Below, one piece after another: positions 39,477-52,100 of a stretch of 64,000 bases of DNA. The notes below the pieces were generated by a model. It saw only the letters and a program-made list of their open reading frames with translations. It did no database searches and was not told where the DNA came from. Position numbers and translations under genes: made by a program. The stretch covers positions 10,043 through 74,042 of the forward strand of contig CAWKMI010000009.1 in the NCBI GenBank assembly GCA_963850655.1, given 5' to 3'. This stretch comes from an uncultured Gemmatimonadales bacterium. Its GTDB lineage: Bacteria; Gemmatimonadota; Gemmatimonadetes; Gemmatimonadales; GWC2-71-9. Numbering within the stretch: the first letter of the stretch is position 1; the number at the start of each line of letters is the position of its first letter.

Positions 39477-39497
39477 GTTCACCGTTCTCCGTTCACC
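39477..39497. repeat. Heptamer tandem array GTTCACC GTTCTCC GTTCACC upstream of the TetR gene
   Basis: Read directly from the sequence, 18 nt upstream of ATG 39515. The core is related to the arms of the 17.3-kb hairpin (ATTCACC/GGTGAAT). Confidence 0.85.
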
Positions 39498-39514
39498 GAT
39501 AGCCGACCACCTAC

Positions 39515-40102
39515 ATGCCCCGATCCTCCTACCATCACGGCGACCTGCACGCCGCCCTCCTTGTGGCTGGGCGCCAGGCACTGCATGTGGGCCGACTCGA
39601 GTCGCTCTCTCTTCGCGAGATCAGCCGGACGGTCGGGGTCACCCCCACGGCGGTCTACCGTCATTTTCGCGACAAGGATGAACTGCTCGAGGCGCTCGCG
39701 ATGGTGGGGTACGGAGAGCTTCGGGCGGCGCTCAGGGCCGGGCTCGCGGCAGCCCCCAGCAGGAAGGGGAGATTGGCGTCGCTAGTGACCGCCTACCGGG
39801 CCTTTGCTCAGGCACACCCCGACCTGATGAAGCTGATGTTCAGGCCGAGGGCGAAGGGAGGGAGAAGCCGCGCGAAGCTCGACGAAGCAGCAGGCGAGTG
39901 CCTGGCCGAATTCGTGGCTGCGGTCGCTGAAGATGACGCGGGAAGAGAGCCGGAGGCTGCGATTCGGGCGGCGGTGCTGGCCTGGTCGGCGGTCCATGGC
40001 TTGGCGATGCTGGTCGAAGCCAACGCGTTCGTCACGCTCGATCCGTGGATGCTGCCGAAAGCAGGTGATCTGGCCGCGATCGGGCGTCGAGATCGTCGCT
40101 GA
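39515..40102 (+). CDS. TetR/AcrR-family transcriptional regulator
   Basis: 195-aa ORF with N-terminal HTH LSLREISRTVGVTPTAVYRHFRDKDELL. Confidence 0.85.
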   Translation: MPRSSYHHGDLHAALLVAGRQALHVGRLESLSLREISRTVGVTPTAVYRHFRDKDELLEALAMVGYGELRAALRAGLAAAPSRKGRLASLVTAYRAFAQAHPDLMKLMFRPRAKGGRSRAKLDEAAGECLAEFVAAVAEDDAGREPEAAIRAAVLAWSAVHGLAMLVEANAFVTLDPWMLPKAGDLAAIGRRDRR

Positions 40103-40118
40103 GACGGGCTGGTCGGGT

Positions 40119-41081
40119 TCAGGCCGGTTGCTGGAGCAGGCGAGCGACCGCGGCGATTGTCAGTGGTGCCGATCCCTCGGCCCGGTTGTTGACCAGGATG
40201 TAGGCCGGGATCCGCAGGTCGATCGCGGCCTTGGCCAGTGCGGCAAGATCGGCGCGCAAGGTGGGATTCTCGTCCTGGATGTGGTCATAGGGCGCGAAGG
40301 CATCGACCGCCTGGGCATACGTCCGGCCACTTCTCAGGAGCGCCCGGGCGACGATGAACGGTGCGGTGATCGAATCGTGGAGCAGCAACTGCTCGCCGAT
40401 GGCCGGCATCCTGGTCCAGGCGTTGAAGACGTGGGCCACGCCATGACTGCGCAATACGGCGAAGTACTCAGGCGCAAGAAACTCGGCGTTGCGCACCTCG
40501 ACGGCGTACGGCATCCCCTTGGGGAGTGCCGCAAAGAAATGATCCAGGCGTCCGGCAAACTCCCCGGGGGTCAGCCCGTTCTTCCGGGCGATCGTCTGGA
40601 ACTCGAAGACCATCGGGCCAACATGTCCGGCGAAGTACTCGCCCATCGGACCGACCACCTCGTTGATGAACAGCTCGGGATTGAGCCACTCGGGGTTCGC
40701 CTGGCCCCAGCGCGCCTGCTCCCTGGGATTCGCGAAGGTGTGCGCCGTGATCCGGTCCCACACCTTGCTCACGCATTCGAATCCGTCCGGCAGGGCCTCG
40801 GCGTAGCCACGGAGGGTCTTGGGATTGGGCGGCGCGTAGAAGAATGAGTCGATGCCCACGGTCCCGAACAGCGGCCACCGGGCGTATTCGGCCAGCATCC
40901 GCGCCCCGGCGCCTGAGGCCGGGTAAGGCTTCTCGTAGATCAGTCCGGTCCACCCGGGATATGTCCACGAGGAGGTTCCGAACCGAACCAGGGGTGAGAG
41001 CTGGTGCGCCAGGTCGGCGATCTCTTCGGTGCCTGGCCAGGAAGGATGGGACATGACGGGAAAGGTATTGGCCCGTGCCAC
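40119..41081 (-). CDS. DUF72 (UPF0759) family protein
   Basis: 320-aa ORF with RFGTSSWTYPGW, VEVRNAEF and VFNAWTRMP motifs typical of DUF72. ATG 41054 is an alternative start. Confidence 0.75.
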   Translation of the reverse strand: MARANTFPVMSHPSWPGTEEIADLAHQLSPLVRFGTSSWTYPGWTGLIYEKPYPASGAGARMLAEYARWPLFGTVGIDSFFYAPPNPKTLRGYAEALPDGFECVSKVWDRITAHTFANPREQARWGQANPEWLNPELFINEVVGPMGEYFAGHVGPMVFEFQTIARKNGLTPGEFAGRLDHFFAALPKGMPYAVEVRNAEFLAPEYFAVLRSHGVAHVFNAWTRMPAIGEQLLLHDSITAPFIVARALLRSGRTYAQAVDAFAPYDHIQDENPTLRADLAALAKAAIDLRIPAYILVNNRAEGSAPLTIAAVARLLQQPA

Positions 41082-41117
41082 GGTGGCGAAGGAGGGAGCA
41101 GGGGGGTAGCGTGAAGC

Positions 41118-41642
41118 ATGCCCGGTTCGCGTCTTCTGCTGTCCGCCGCCGCGGTGTTCATGTTCGGGGCTGGCAGGGCACTCGCCCAGGGAGCGCCCGG
41201 AGGGGTGCGCTGGAGTGATTCCGGAATCGTCGCACGCTTTCCCCGGTCGATGTCCCCCGATTCGATCTCGCGCGAGATGCGCGTTGGCGATCAGTTCTCA
41301 GGCTATGAGTGGCGGGTGATCTTCATGGACGGCAACCGGGCGCTGTTGTCGGCATTCGTGGTCGCGCCTGATGATTCGCTCATGTTGCACCGGATTCCGA
41401 CGATCGAGGAGGCTTACCGGGTAGGCGACCTGCGGCAGTGCTCCCGGGATCAGGCCGTTCTCGCGTGTGATCGTCCGGCCCGCGGGCTCGTTCGCGACGT
41501 CGATGGTCAGGTCGAAGTCGGCATCATGGACAGTCGCTGGATCTCGGCGGCACTTGGCGCCCGGGAGCCGAAGATGCGGCTCATCGTCAGGCGCAATCGT
41601 GAGGAGCTCTGGACCGGGGAGTTTCCGCTCACCGGGCACTAG
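41118..41642 (+). CDS. Exported hypothetical protein
   Basis: 174-aa ORF with signal peptide MPGSRLLLSAAAVFMFGAGRALAQ. Confidence 0.55.
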   Translation: MPGSRLLLSAAAVFMFGAGRALAQGAPGGVRWSDSGIVARFPRSMSPDSISREMRVGDQFSGYEWRVIFMDGNRALLSAFVVAPDDSLMLHRIPTIEEAYRVGDLRQCSRDQAVLACDRPARGLVRDVDGQVEVGIMDSRWISAALGAREPKMRLIVRRNREELWTGEFPLTGH

Positions 41643-42310
41643 GGCTTGGCCGTGGTGTCCCGGACGAAGTGAAAGTCGTATTCGAGCCTGAGGTTGTCCT
41701 CGAGTTTCATCACCATGAAGGCTGAGGGGACCGGCATCCCGAAGTCACCGAACTTGAACGCGGTCCGGGCGGTGCCGGTCCACTCGCCGTCGTTCACCGT
41801 TGCGGTCACATGCCAGGTGACCGGCCTGGTGACGGTACGAACGGTGAGGTTGCCAACCAGGTCGAAGGTGAGCGCTCCCGCGGCAGGCAGGACGGCGGGA
41901 AAGCCCCGCAAGGCGGTGATCGCCAGATTGACCGTTGGATACGTGTTGGTCTCGAGCGCAGCGGTCTTCAGGTAGCGGTCACGATTGGCGCGGTCACTCT
42001 TCAGCGTGGTGACGTCGACCGAGAACTTCGATTCGGCGGAGACCAAGGCCCCCTTGGCGTCGAGCACGATCGTGCCGGTGATCGCGCTGGTCTTGCCGAC
42101 GGCGTCGTAAGGAAAGTCGATGCCGACCAGTTCCTCGCGGACGAGATACCGGGCCTCGTTCCCGTCGGCGGCCAGGACGTAGCGGATCGTCGGGGCGGCG
42201 GCCCTCGCCACCCCGGCAGGTGCGGGTGTCCTTCTGGCCGTCGTCTGGGCGCTCACCACGGCAGGGACCAGCAAAGCGGCGCCCATCACTCCGGCCAGCG
42301 TGCTTCGCAT
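41639..42310 (-). CDS. YceI-like periplasmic protein
   Basis: Start moved to ATG 42310 (signal peptide MRSTLAGVMGAALLVPAVVSAQ). YceI-type motifs SAITGTIVLD, VDVTTLKSDRANRDRYLK, LVGNLTVRTVTRPV. Confidence 0.75.
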   Translation of the reverse strand: MRSTLAGVMGAALLVPAVVSAQTTARRTPAPAGVARAAAPTIRYVLAADGNEARYLVREELVGIDFPYDAVGKTSAITGTIVLDAKGALVSAESKFSVDVTTLKSDRANRDRYLKTAALETNTYPTVNLAITALRGFPAVLPAAGALTFDLVGNLTVRTVTRPVTWHVTATVNDGEWTGTARTAFKFGDFGMPVPSAFMVMKLEDNLRLEYDFHFVRDTTAKP

Positions 42311-42447
42311 CAGCGGAACTCTCCTCGGGGCGTGGCTTCGACTCCCGGACGTATTCCGGGCGTAAGCATCGGGTATACGGACGCCCACCTGCCGGGGTTG
42401 ATCCGGGAGGGTAACTTTGGTGCTGTCCCCCGTCCAGGAGAATCCCC

Positions 42448-43410
42448 TTGTCGCGACTCCCTTCGCTGCTCTCGCCTGCACTCAGTGCCGCCTTGATCGC
42501 CTTCCCGGCGACCCTCTCCGGGCAGGCCGGGGTGGTCGTCCAGCAGCATTTCACCTCCAACATGGCCAAGCTCGCTAGCGCCGACCTGCAGCAGACCGTC
42601 GCCATCCTGGGGACCGACCGAGCCAAGACGGTCACCACCGGCAAGGCCAAGGTGCTGATCATCTCCAGCGATGCGTCCGGCACTGACATCACTCGACTTG
42701 ACCAGGACCAGACCATCAGGTTGAACGACAAGAAGAAGACCTACACCGTCCAGTCGCTCGCCGAAGAGCGGGCCATCCTGGAGCAGCAGCAGCAGCAGGT
42801 TGCCCAGTCCGCCCCGGAGGCCAAGGAGAAGGAGGACGTCCGCCTCTACGCCGAGGTCAATGAAGCGCGTCGCACCGGCGAGAAGCAGGTGATCAACGGT
42901 TTCTCCACCGAGCAGATGCTGATCAAGATCACGGTCCTTGCCGAGAACACCAAGACCCAGGAGAAGGCGGTCACTTTTCACATCACCGCCGACCTGTGGA
43001 TCGATCCCAGTCAGGCCGAGGCAGCGAAGGTGAGCCAGGCCTTCTACACGGCCCGGGCCAAGGCGCTCGGCATCGATCCGGTCATGGCGAACAACCCATA
43101 CGCCAAGTGGCTCGAGAACATCGCGGCCGAGATGAAGAAGATCTCGGGGTATCCGATTCGGACGACGATCACCTTCGAGGGGGTCGCCGACACGGCTGCC
43201 GTGAAGGAGCAGAAGAAGGACGATACTCCGCCCACCAGCATTGGCGGCGCCCTGGGCGGAATGTTCGGCAGGAAGAAGAGTGCGCCGGCACCCGCGAGCC
43301 CGAACGGCGGGCCGGTGTTGTTCACCATGATGACCGAAGTGCTCTCGATTTCGAACAAGGCGCCCGATGCGTCCGCGTTCGAGATCCCGGCGGGCTACGT
43401 CAAGAAATAG
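42448..43410 (+). CDS. Exported hypothetical protein with a Gln/Lys-rich linker
   Basis: 320-aa ORF (non-ATG start per the track) with a signal peptide. No confident family. Confidence 0.55.
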   Translation: MSRLPSLLSPALSAALIAFPATLSGQAGVVVQQHFTSNMAKLASADLQQTVAILGTDRAKTVTTGKAKVLIISSDASGTDITRLDQDQTIRLNDKKKTYTVQSLAEERAILEQQQQQVAQSAPEAKEKEDVRLYAEVNEARRTGEKQVINGFSTEQMLIKITVLAENTKTQEKAVTFHITADLWIDPSQAEAAKVSQAFYTARAKALGIDPVMANNPYAKWLENIAAEMKKISGYPIRTTITFEGVADTAAVKEQKKDDTPPTSIGGALGGMFGRKKSAPAPASPNGGPVLFTMMTEVLSISNKAPDASAFEIPAGYVKK

Positions 43411-43413
43411 GCG

Positions 43414-45093
43414 TCATTGCACCACGAGTGTGGTGGCGCGTTTTCCGAGGATCGCGTTACCAGTCTCGTTCAGGAGCATCACTTGGAGCTGGTAGTTCCC
43501 AGGGGAGAGCTGCGAGATGGGGAAGGAGTGGAAGTACTGGTTGACGCCTCGGAGCGATGCCCCCTCGAAGGCGAGCTCCAGGTCGGGTGTCTTTTCGACC
43601 GAGTCGCCAATCATGTGGCGGATGGCCACGAAGAGCTTGAGCCGGGGATGGTCCTCGTCGCTCTGCGCCTGGAGATAGAACTGCAACAACTTGGAGCGGC
43701 TCACTTGACCAAGCGGAGCGAGGACGAACGCTGGTCCGTCGTCCTCGCCCGTGGAATACCGCGAATTGCTTCCCACCAGCAGGTCGGAGAGCCGCATCGA
43801 GCCTTCGCCGATCGGCGTGTGTCGGTCATCGGCGGCACGTCCGCGGCGGTCCGCCGACTGGAAAATGCGGATGGACCAGCTCGTCACGCCCAGTGGTGCG
43901 GGGATCGTCACCTGTCCGGTGGCGTAGGCATTCGCAGGAGTCGACGCCGGAAACCGGAGCTGCCGCTCAACGGTGGTGTCGTGCCAGCGTCGGGTCGCCT
44001 CCTCCCAGGTGCGAATCATGATCTTGAAGCTCGCGACGCGACTTGCCTGCTCCTTCTCGCTGGCGAGGTCGCCAACCAGGGCACTGAACGTGACTGCGGC
44101 AACTGGCGCGCCGGTCTTGAGATCCCAGAGCTGGTCGAACCGGGCCGTGGTCCTGATGACGGTCTCGCCCTTTGGGCTCGGTTCCGCGCAATCCGCTGAA
44201 ATCTGGGGCACGCACCACCAGTAGAAGGAACGGCCGCCGCCCTGCTGGTCTCCCTTGAGCTGCAGTGCGAGGCGCGCTTCGTACCACTCGTTCCCACGAA
44301 TGTGCTCGGGGAGGAGTGAATCCCTGAGCCACGCCTCACGTGTCGAGTCGGACAACATCACCCACGCCGCCCAATTCGCTTCGGCGAAGAAGGGGTACAG
44401 CAGCTCGTTGATCGAAGCCGAGTCGTGTGCGGCCAGCGCGGCGAGCTTGAACAGGGCGATGCCGCCTGGCACATCCCCATCGGACAGCCGGACCCTCGCC
44501 AGGCGGAGCAGGTGCCAGGTGGAGTCACGTCCCAGCGTGGTCGCCCGGTTGCTGCACTCCTGCGCCGTGGCCATGTCACCCACGGCAATCTGCAGGCGGG
44601 TGCAGGCGCGGAGCACCGACGGCGACGCCACGCCCGCTTCAACGGCTCGGTGGATCGCTTCGGCGAGATCGTCCAGCAACATTGGCCTCGCGCCAATCGG
44701 GTCGTCCGTGGCCTGCTGCGACAGCGCGGCAAGGAGTTCGGCCGCCTGGGCATCGTCGGGCCGGACGTCGAGCGCCTTGAACAGGGTGCTGATGGCAGCC
44801 TCGGCCTGCGGGATGCTGATGATCGGGGCCTGGATCTGATCGTCGCGATCGAGGGTGGCGTTCAGTGCCTGCAGGGCGCGGACGCACCCCAGGGCGTCCC
44901 AGATGTGGGGTGGCACCTGCTTCGCAGAGGCCGAGTCCGAAAGTCGGCGTTCCAGCCTGGCCAGTCGATCGCGATCTCGCGGGGACGCGACCGGGCAAAG
45001 CTGCCGGATCTGATAAACAGCGGTCTCGGGGCGCTCGATGGGAACGAGCACCTGGACTTGCGCCAGCAGGACCAGGCCGACGACCAGGTGCAT
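43414..45093 (-). CDS. Exported hypothetical protein (helical-repeat N-half, beta-rich C-half)
   Basis: ORF 43414..45270 with the start moved to ATG 45093 (MHLVVGLVLLAQVQV signal). No recognised family. Confidence 0.55.
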   Translation of the reverse strand: MHLVVGLVLLAQVQVLVPIERPETAVYQIRQLCPVASPRDRDRLARLERRLSDSASAKQVPPHIWDALGCVRALQALNATLDRDDQIQAPIISIPQAEAAISTLFKALDVRPDDAQAAELLAALSQQATDDPIGARPMLLDDLAEAIHRAVEAGVASPSVLRACTRLQIAVGDMATAQECSNRATTLGRDSTWHLLRLARVRLSDGDVPGGIALFKLAALAAHDSASINELLYPFFAEANWAAWVMLSDSTREAWLRDSLLPEHIRGNEWYEARLALQLKGDQQGGGRSFYWWCVPQISADCAEPSPKGETVIRTTARFDQLWDLKTGAPVAAVTFSALVGDLASEKEQASRVASFKIMIRTWEEATRRWHDTTVERQLRFPASTPANAYATGQVTIPAPLGVTSWSIRIFQSADRRGRAADDRHTPIGEGSMRLSDLLVGSNSRYSTGEDDGPAFVLAPLGQVSRSKLLQFYLQAQSDEDHPRLKLFVAIRHMIGDSVEKTPDLELAFEGASLRGVNQYFHSFPISQLSPGNYQLQVMLLNETGNAILGKRATTLVVQ

Positions 45094-45268
45094 AAACGCT
45101 CGACGATTGGGGTGGAATGCGGAGGAAGATCGTCGGTAACTCGTGAAAAGGTACTGAAACCCGGTGTCATTTGCATCTTCGGCTCCGCTTGCTCCGGGCG
45201 CGGGGCTGCCGTACCCTTGACCGACCGCGATCGAGATTCCTGGCCACCCCACTTCCTCGGCCCTCTTC

Positions 45269-46333
45269 ATGAAGCAGGCACTTCAGCAGTACAAGCAGTA
45301 TCTGTTGACGGGCGTGTCCTACGTCATTCCGATGATCGCGTGCGGCGGCATTCTCATCGCCTCGGCGATCGCCTTGTTGACGTTCCTCCATCCCGAGGCG
45401 ATGACTGCCAGTGGGCCCGATTTTTCAGCGGCGCCCAACCTGCAGATGGTGCTCGACATCGGGGTCGCCGCATTCACCCTGGCGCTTCCCGTGCTCGCAG
45501 GATACATCGCGTATGCCATGGCCGGACGCCCGGGGCTCGTGCCGGGGTTGATCGGGGGCTACCTGGCCGGGACGACGAAGGCGGGGTTCCTCGGCGCGCT
45601 GCTCGCTGGCCTGCTGGCGGGACACGTGGTGAACCTCGTCAAGAAGATGCCGGTGCACCGGTTCGTCCGCCCGATCATGCCGATCATCATCATTCCGATC
45701 GTTTCGAGCCTGGTGGTGGGTGTCGTCATGCTCAAGGTTGTCGGTGTGCCGATCGCCGACTTCATGACGTTTCTGAGTGGCTGGCTCGCCACGATGGGGA
45801 AGGGGAACGAACTCGTGCTCGCCGCGATCCTCGGCGGCATGATTGCTTTCGACATGGGTGGCCCCGTGAACAAGGCCGCGTTCTTCTTTGGCGCGGCGAT
45901 GATCAAGGAAGGCAATTTCGCGGTGATGGGCGCCTGCGCGGCGGCCATCTGCACGCCGCCGCTCGGCCTGGCGCTCGCGACGCTCACCGGGCGGCGGCTC
46001 TGGTCGGAGGAGCAACGGGAGTCGGGGCTCGCCGCGCTGGGGATGGGGATGGTCGGGATCACCGAGGGGGCGATTCCCTTCGCCGCGGCCGATCCGGTGC
46101 GGGTCATCCCGTCCATCATGGTCGGGTCGATCGTCGCGGCCTTCATTGCCATGCTCGGTGGCGTCGGCGATCATGCACCTCATGGCGGACCGATCGTCCT
46201 CCCGGTCGTCGACCATCGCTGGGCCTACGTGCTGGCGATCGTCGTCGGATCGGTGGTGACCGCGCTCGTCATCAACCTGCTCAAGAAGACCACCGACAAG
46301 GCCGTTGCGGAGACGGCGGGAGTGGCCCTGTGA
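45269..46333 (+). CDS. PTS fructose-family EIIC component
   Basis: 354-aa polytopic ORF with LLTGVSYVIPMIACGGIL, AFDMGGPVNKAAF and ITEGAIPFAAADP motifs of Fru-type EIIC. Confidence 0.85.
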   Translation: MKQALQQYKQYLLTGVSYVIPMIACGGILIASAIALLTFLHPEAMTASGPDFSAAPNLQMVLDIGVAAFTLALPVLAGYIAYAMAGRPGLVPGLIGGYLAGTTKAGFLGALLAGLLAGHVVNLVKKMPVHRFVRPIMPIIIIPIVSSLVVGVVMLKVVGVPIADFMTFLSGWLATMGKGNELVLAAILGGMIAFDMGGPVNKAAFFFGAAMIKEGNFAVMGACAAAICTPPLGLALATLTGRRLWSEEQRESGLAALGMGMVGITEGAIPFAAADPVRVIPSIMVGSIVAAFIAMLGGVGDHAPHGGPIVLPVVDHRWAYVLAIVVGSVVTALVINLLKKTTDKAVAETAGVAL

Positions 46334-46623
46334 AGATCGTCGCGGTGACCGCCTGTCCAACCGGCGTTGCCCACACCTACATGGCCGCCGAACAGCTGAC
46401 GAAGACCGCGGCCAAGCTGGGTCATTCGATCAAGATCGAAACCCAGGGCTCGATGGGGATCGAGAACGAACTGAGCCAGGCCGACATCGATTCGGCGGAC
46501 GCGGCGATTCTCGCGGCAGACATCATGATCGAACAGCCCGAACGCTTCGCCCGCATCCGCAAGATCGAAGTCCCCGTCCACGACGTGCTGAGGAACCCCG
46601 AGGAGCTGTTCGCGAGGTTGTGA
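46330..46623 (+). CDS. PTS fructose-family EIIB component
   Basis: GTG 46330 overlaps the EIIC stop (GTGA). VKIVAVTACPTGVAHTYMAAEQL carries the phospho-Cys motif. In the track it is embedded at the end of the spurious 732-aa ORF 44425..46623. Confidence 0.85.
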   Translation: MKIVAVTACPTGVAHTYMAAEQLTKTAAKLGHSIKIETQGSMGIENELSQADIDSADAAILAADIMIEQPERFARIRKIEVPVHDVLRNPEELFARL

Positions 46624-46626
46624 CCC

Positions 46627-49146
<2,520 letters not shown>

Positions 49147-49191
49147 CATTCGACGATACCCACCTTGGACTTCATCCGGGAGAAGCAGGTC

Positions 49192-52100
49192 ATGCAACGT
49201 TTTCCAAGATTGCTGGCGGTGGTGCTGCTGGCGCAGCTGGCAGTTCCGGCCGGTCTGATCGCGCAGGGCGCGCAACGCACTCCGCCTGACCTCGCGAGGC
49301 AACCCACCCTGTACGTCGTTCCCTATGCCCACCTCGACACCGAATGGCGCTGGGACTACCCGACCACCATCCGCGAGTATCTCCCGGCCACGCTGCGCGA
49401 CAACTTCGCGCTGTTCGAGAAGTACCCCAACTACGTCTTCAATTTCAGCGGCGCCAACCGCTACCGGATGATCAAGGAGTACTACCCGGCCGACTACGCG
49501 ACGATGAAGGAGTACATCGCGGCCGGGCGCTGGTTCCCCTCGGGGTCCTCGATGGAGGAGAACGACGTCAACTCTCCGTCAGCCGAATCGACGATGCGCC
49601 AGATCCTCTATGGCACGCAGTACTTCCGGAACGAGTTCGGCAGGACCAGCGCGGAGTACATGCTGCCGGACTGCTTCGGATTTCCCGCGTCGTTGCCGAG
49701 CATCCTCGCCCACATGGGGCTCAAGGGGTTCTCGACCCAGAAGCTGAGCTGGAATTCCGCGATGGGCATCCCGTTCAATGTCGGTTTCTGGGAGGGGCTC
49801 GACGGCAAGGGCGTTGTCGCGGCGCTCAACGCCATGACGTACAGCGGCAGCGTGACCCAGGACATCTCGAAGAGTCCGCCTCCGCCCGCCGAAGGACAGC
49901 GCAGCGCGCCGACGGACTGGCCAGCGCGCATCGCCGAGGACGCCCAGAAGGGCGGCCTGATGGCGGATTACTACTACTACGGCACGGGTGATGTCGGTGG
50001 CGCGCCGCGCGAGGCCTCGGTGGCGCTGATGGAAGCGATCGTGACCAAGGGGCTCGGGATCATCCCGGCACCACCGGGGCCACGCACACCAGGACAGCCC
50101 CCGGCTCCCGTCCCGACGCCAGCACCGGTGCGAGTTGGCGATGGTCCCGTGCACGTCGTGCAGGGGTCGGCAGAGCAGATGTTCCTCGATATCAAGCCGG
50201 ATGAACTGCCCGGTCTGGAACACTACCAGGGCGATCTGTTGCTCACGCAGCATTCGGCCGGCTCGATCACGTCCCAGACGTACCTCAAGCGCTGGAATCG
50301 TCAGAACGAAGTGCTTGCGGATGCTGCAGAGCGCGCGTCGGTCGCGGCAGCATGGCTCGGTGGACGGCCCTATCCGATGAAGCGGCTGAACGATGCGTGG
50401 ACGCTGGTCATGGGAGGGCAGTTCCACGACATCATTCCCGGCACCAGCATTCCGAAGGCATATGAGTATGCCTGGAACGATGAACTCCTTGCACTGAACC
50501 AGTTCTCGGGCATCCTGACCAGTGCGACCGACGCCGTGTCCTCGCTCCTGAACACGCAGACCAAGGGCGCCGCCCTCGTGGTGTTCAATCCGCTCAATAT
50601 TGCGCGCGAAGATGTCGTCGAAGCGGACGTGGCATTCGCCGGTGGTGCACCGACATCGGTGCGCGTCACCGGGCCGGATGGCAAGGAGGTCCCCTCGCAG
50701 GTGACGGCGGCGGGGAAGGTGCTCTTCCTCGCGAAGGTCCCCTCGTCAGGCTACGTGGTGTTTGACGTGCAGGGTGCCGGCGCCGCGGGCGGCAAGAAGG
50801 CCGCATCGGCGCTTGCCGTGACGGCCTCGACACTCGAGAACGCCCGCTACCGCATCAAGCTGGACGAGAACGGTGATGTCGCCAGCCTGTTCGACAAGTC
50901 GATCAAGAAGGAACTGCTGGCGGCGCCGATTCGCCTGGCGATCAAGACCGACAAGCCGGTGGACTGGCCGGCCTGGAACATGGACTGGGCCGACCAGCAG
51001 AAGCCGCCGCGCGCCTTCGTGCAGGGACCGGCGAAGATCCGTGTCGTCGAGATTGGGCCGGCGCGCGTCGCCATCGAGGTCGTGCGGGAGACGGAAGGTT
51101 CCGTCTTCGCCCAGACAATCCGCCTTTCGGCCGGTGACGCGGGCAACCGGGTCGAATTCAGCAACGTCGTCGACTGGAAGACGGCCGAGGCCAACCTCAA
51201 GGCCACCTTCCCGCTGACCGCCTCGAATCCGCTGGCCACCTACAACTGGGACATCGGGACCCTCCAGCGCAGCAATGACGACGAGAAGAAGTTCGAGGTG
51301 CCGTCACATCAGTGGTTCGACCTGACCGACAAGTCGGGAACGTTCGGTGTGACCGTGCTGCAGGACAGCAAGAATGCCTCTGACAAGCCCGACGACAACA
51401 CGCTGCGCCTGACGCTCATGCGCACGCCGGGGATCGGCACCGGCAACGGACGCTCGTACGCCGACCAGTCGAGCCAGGATTGGGGGCACCACGAGTTCGT
51501 GTTCGGCCTCGCGGCGCATGCCGGTGACTGGCGACAGGGGCAGACCGACTGGCAGGCGTGGCGGCTGAACCAGCCGTTGCTCGCCTTCGAGACGGCCAGG
51601 CATCCCGGCGCCCTCGGCAGCAGCTTCTCGCTGTTCCGGCTGAACACCAGCCGGATCCGCGTGCTGGCGGTCAAGCGCGCCGAGCAGAGCGACGAAATCG
51701 TCGTCAGGATGGTCGAACTCGACGGCAAGCCGGCCAAAGGAGTCAGTCTCGCCTTTGCCGGACCGATCACCAGCGCGCGCGAGATCACCGGCGCCGAACA
51801 GCCGCTCGGTACCGCGACGGTGACCGCGGGCGCCCTCGTGACGGATTTCACGCCCTATCAGATCCGCAGTTTCGCGCTCAAGCTGGGCTCGGCGCCGAAC
51901 GCACTGACGCCGCCCCGGTGGCAAGCCGTGACGTTGCCCTACGACCGGAAGGTGGCCAGCAACGACCACTCGGTCAGTGGCGGCCAGTTCGACGGATCCG
52001 GGCGAAGCCTTCCGGCCGAGATGCTCCCCCGCGACCTGCCCTTCAAGGGGATTCACTTCACGCTCGCGAGTCCCGCGACATTCAACGCTGTCGTGGCGCA

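Noticed and set aside
44425-46329. N-terminal 635 codons of the 732-aa ORF 44425..46623
   Set aside because: Only the last 98 codons (from GTG 46330) encode a recognisable protein, PTS EIIB. The upstream part is out-of-frame read-through across EIIC and the antisense of the 43414..45093 gene.
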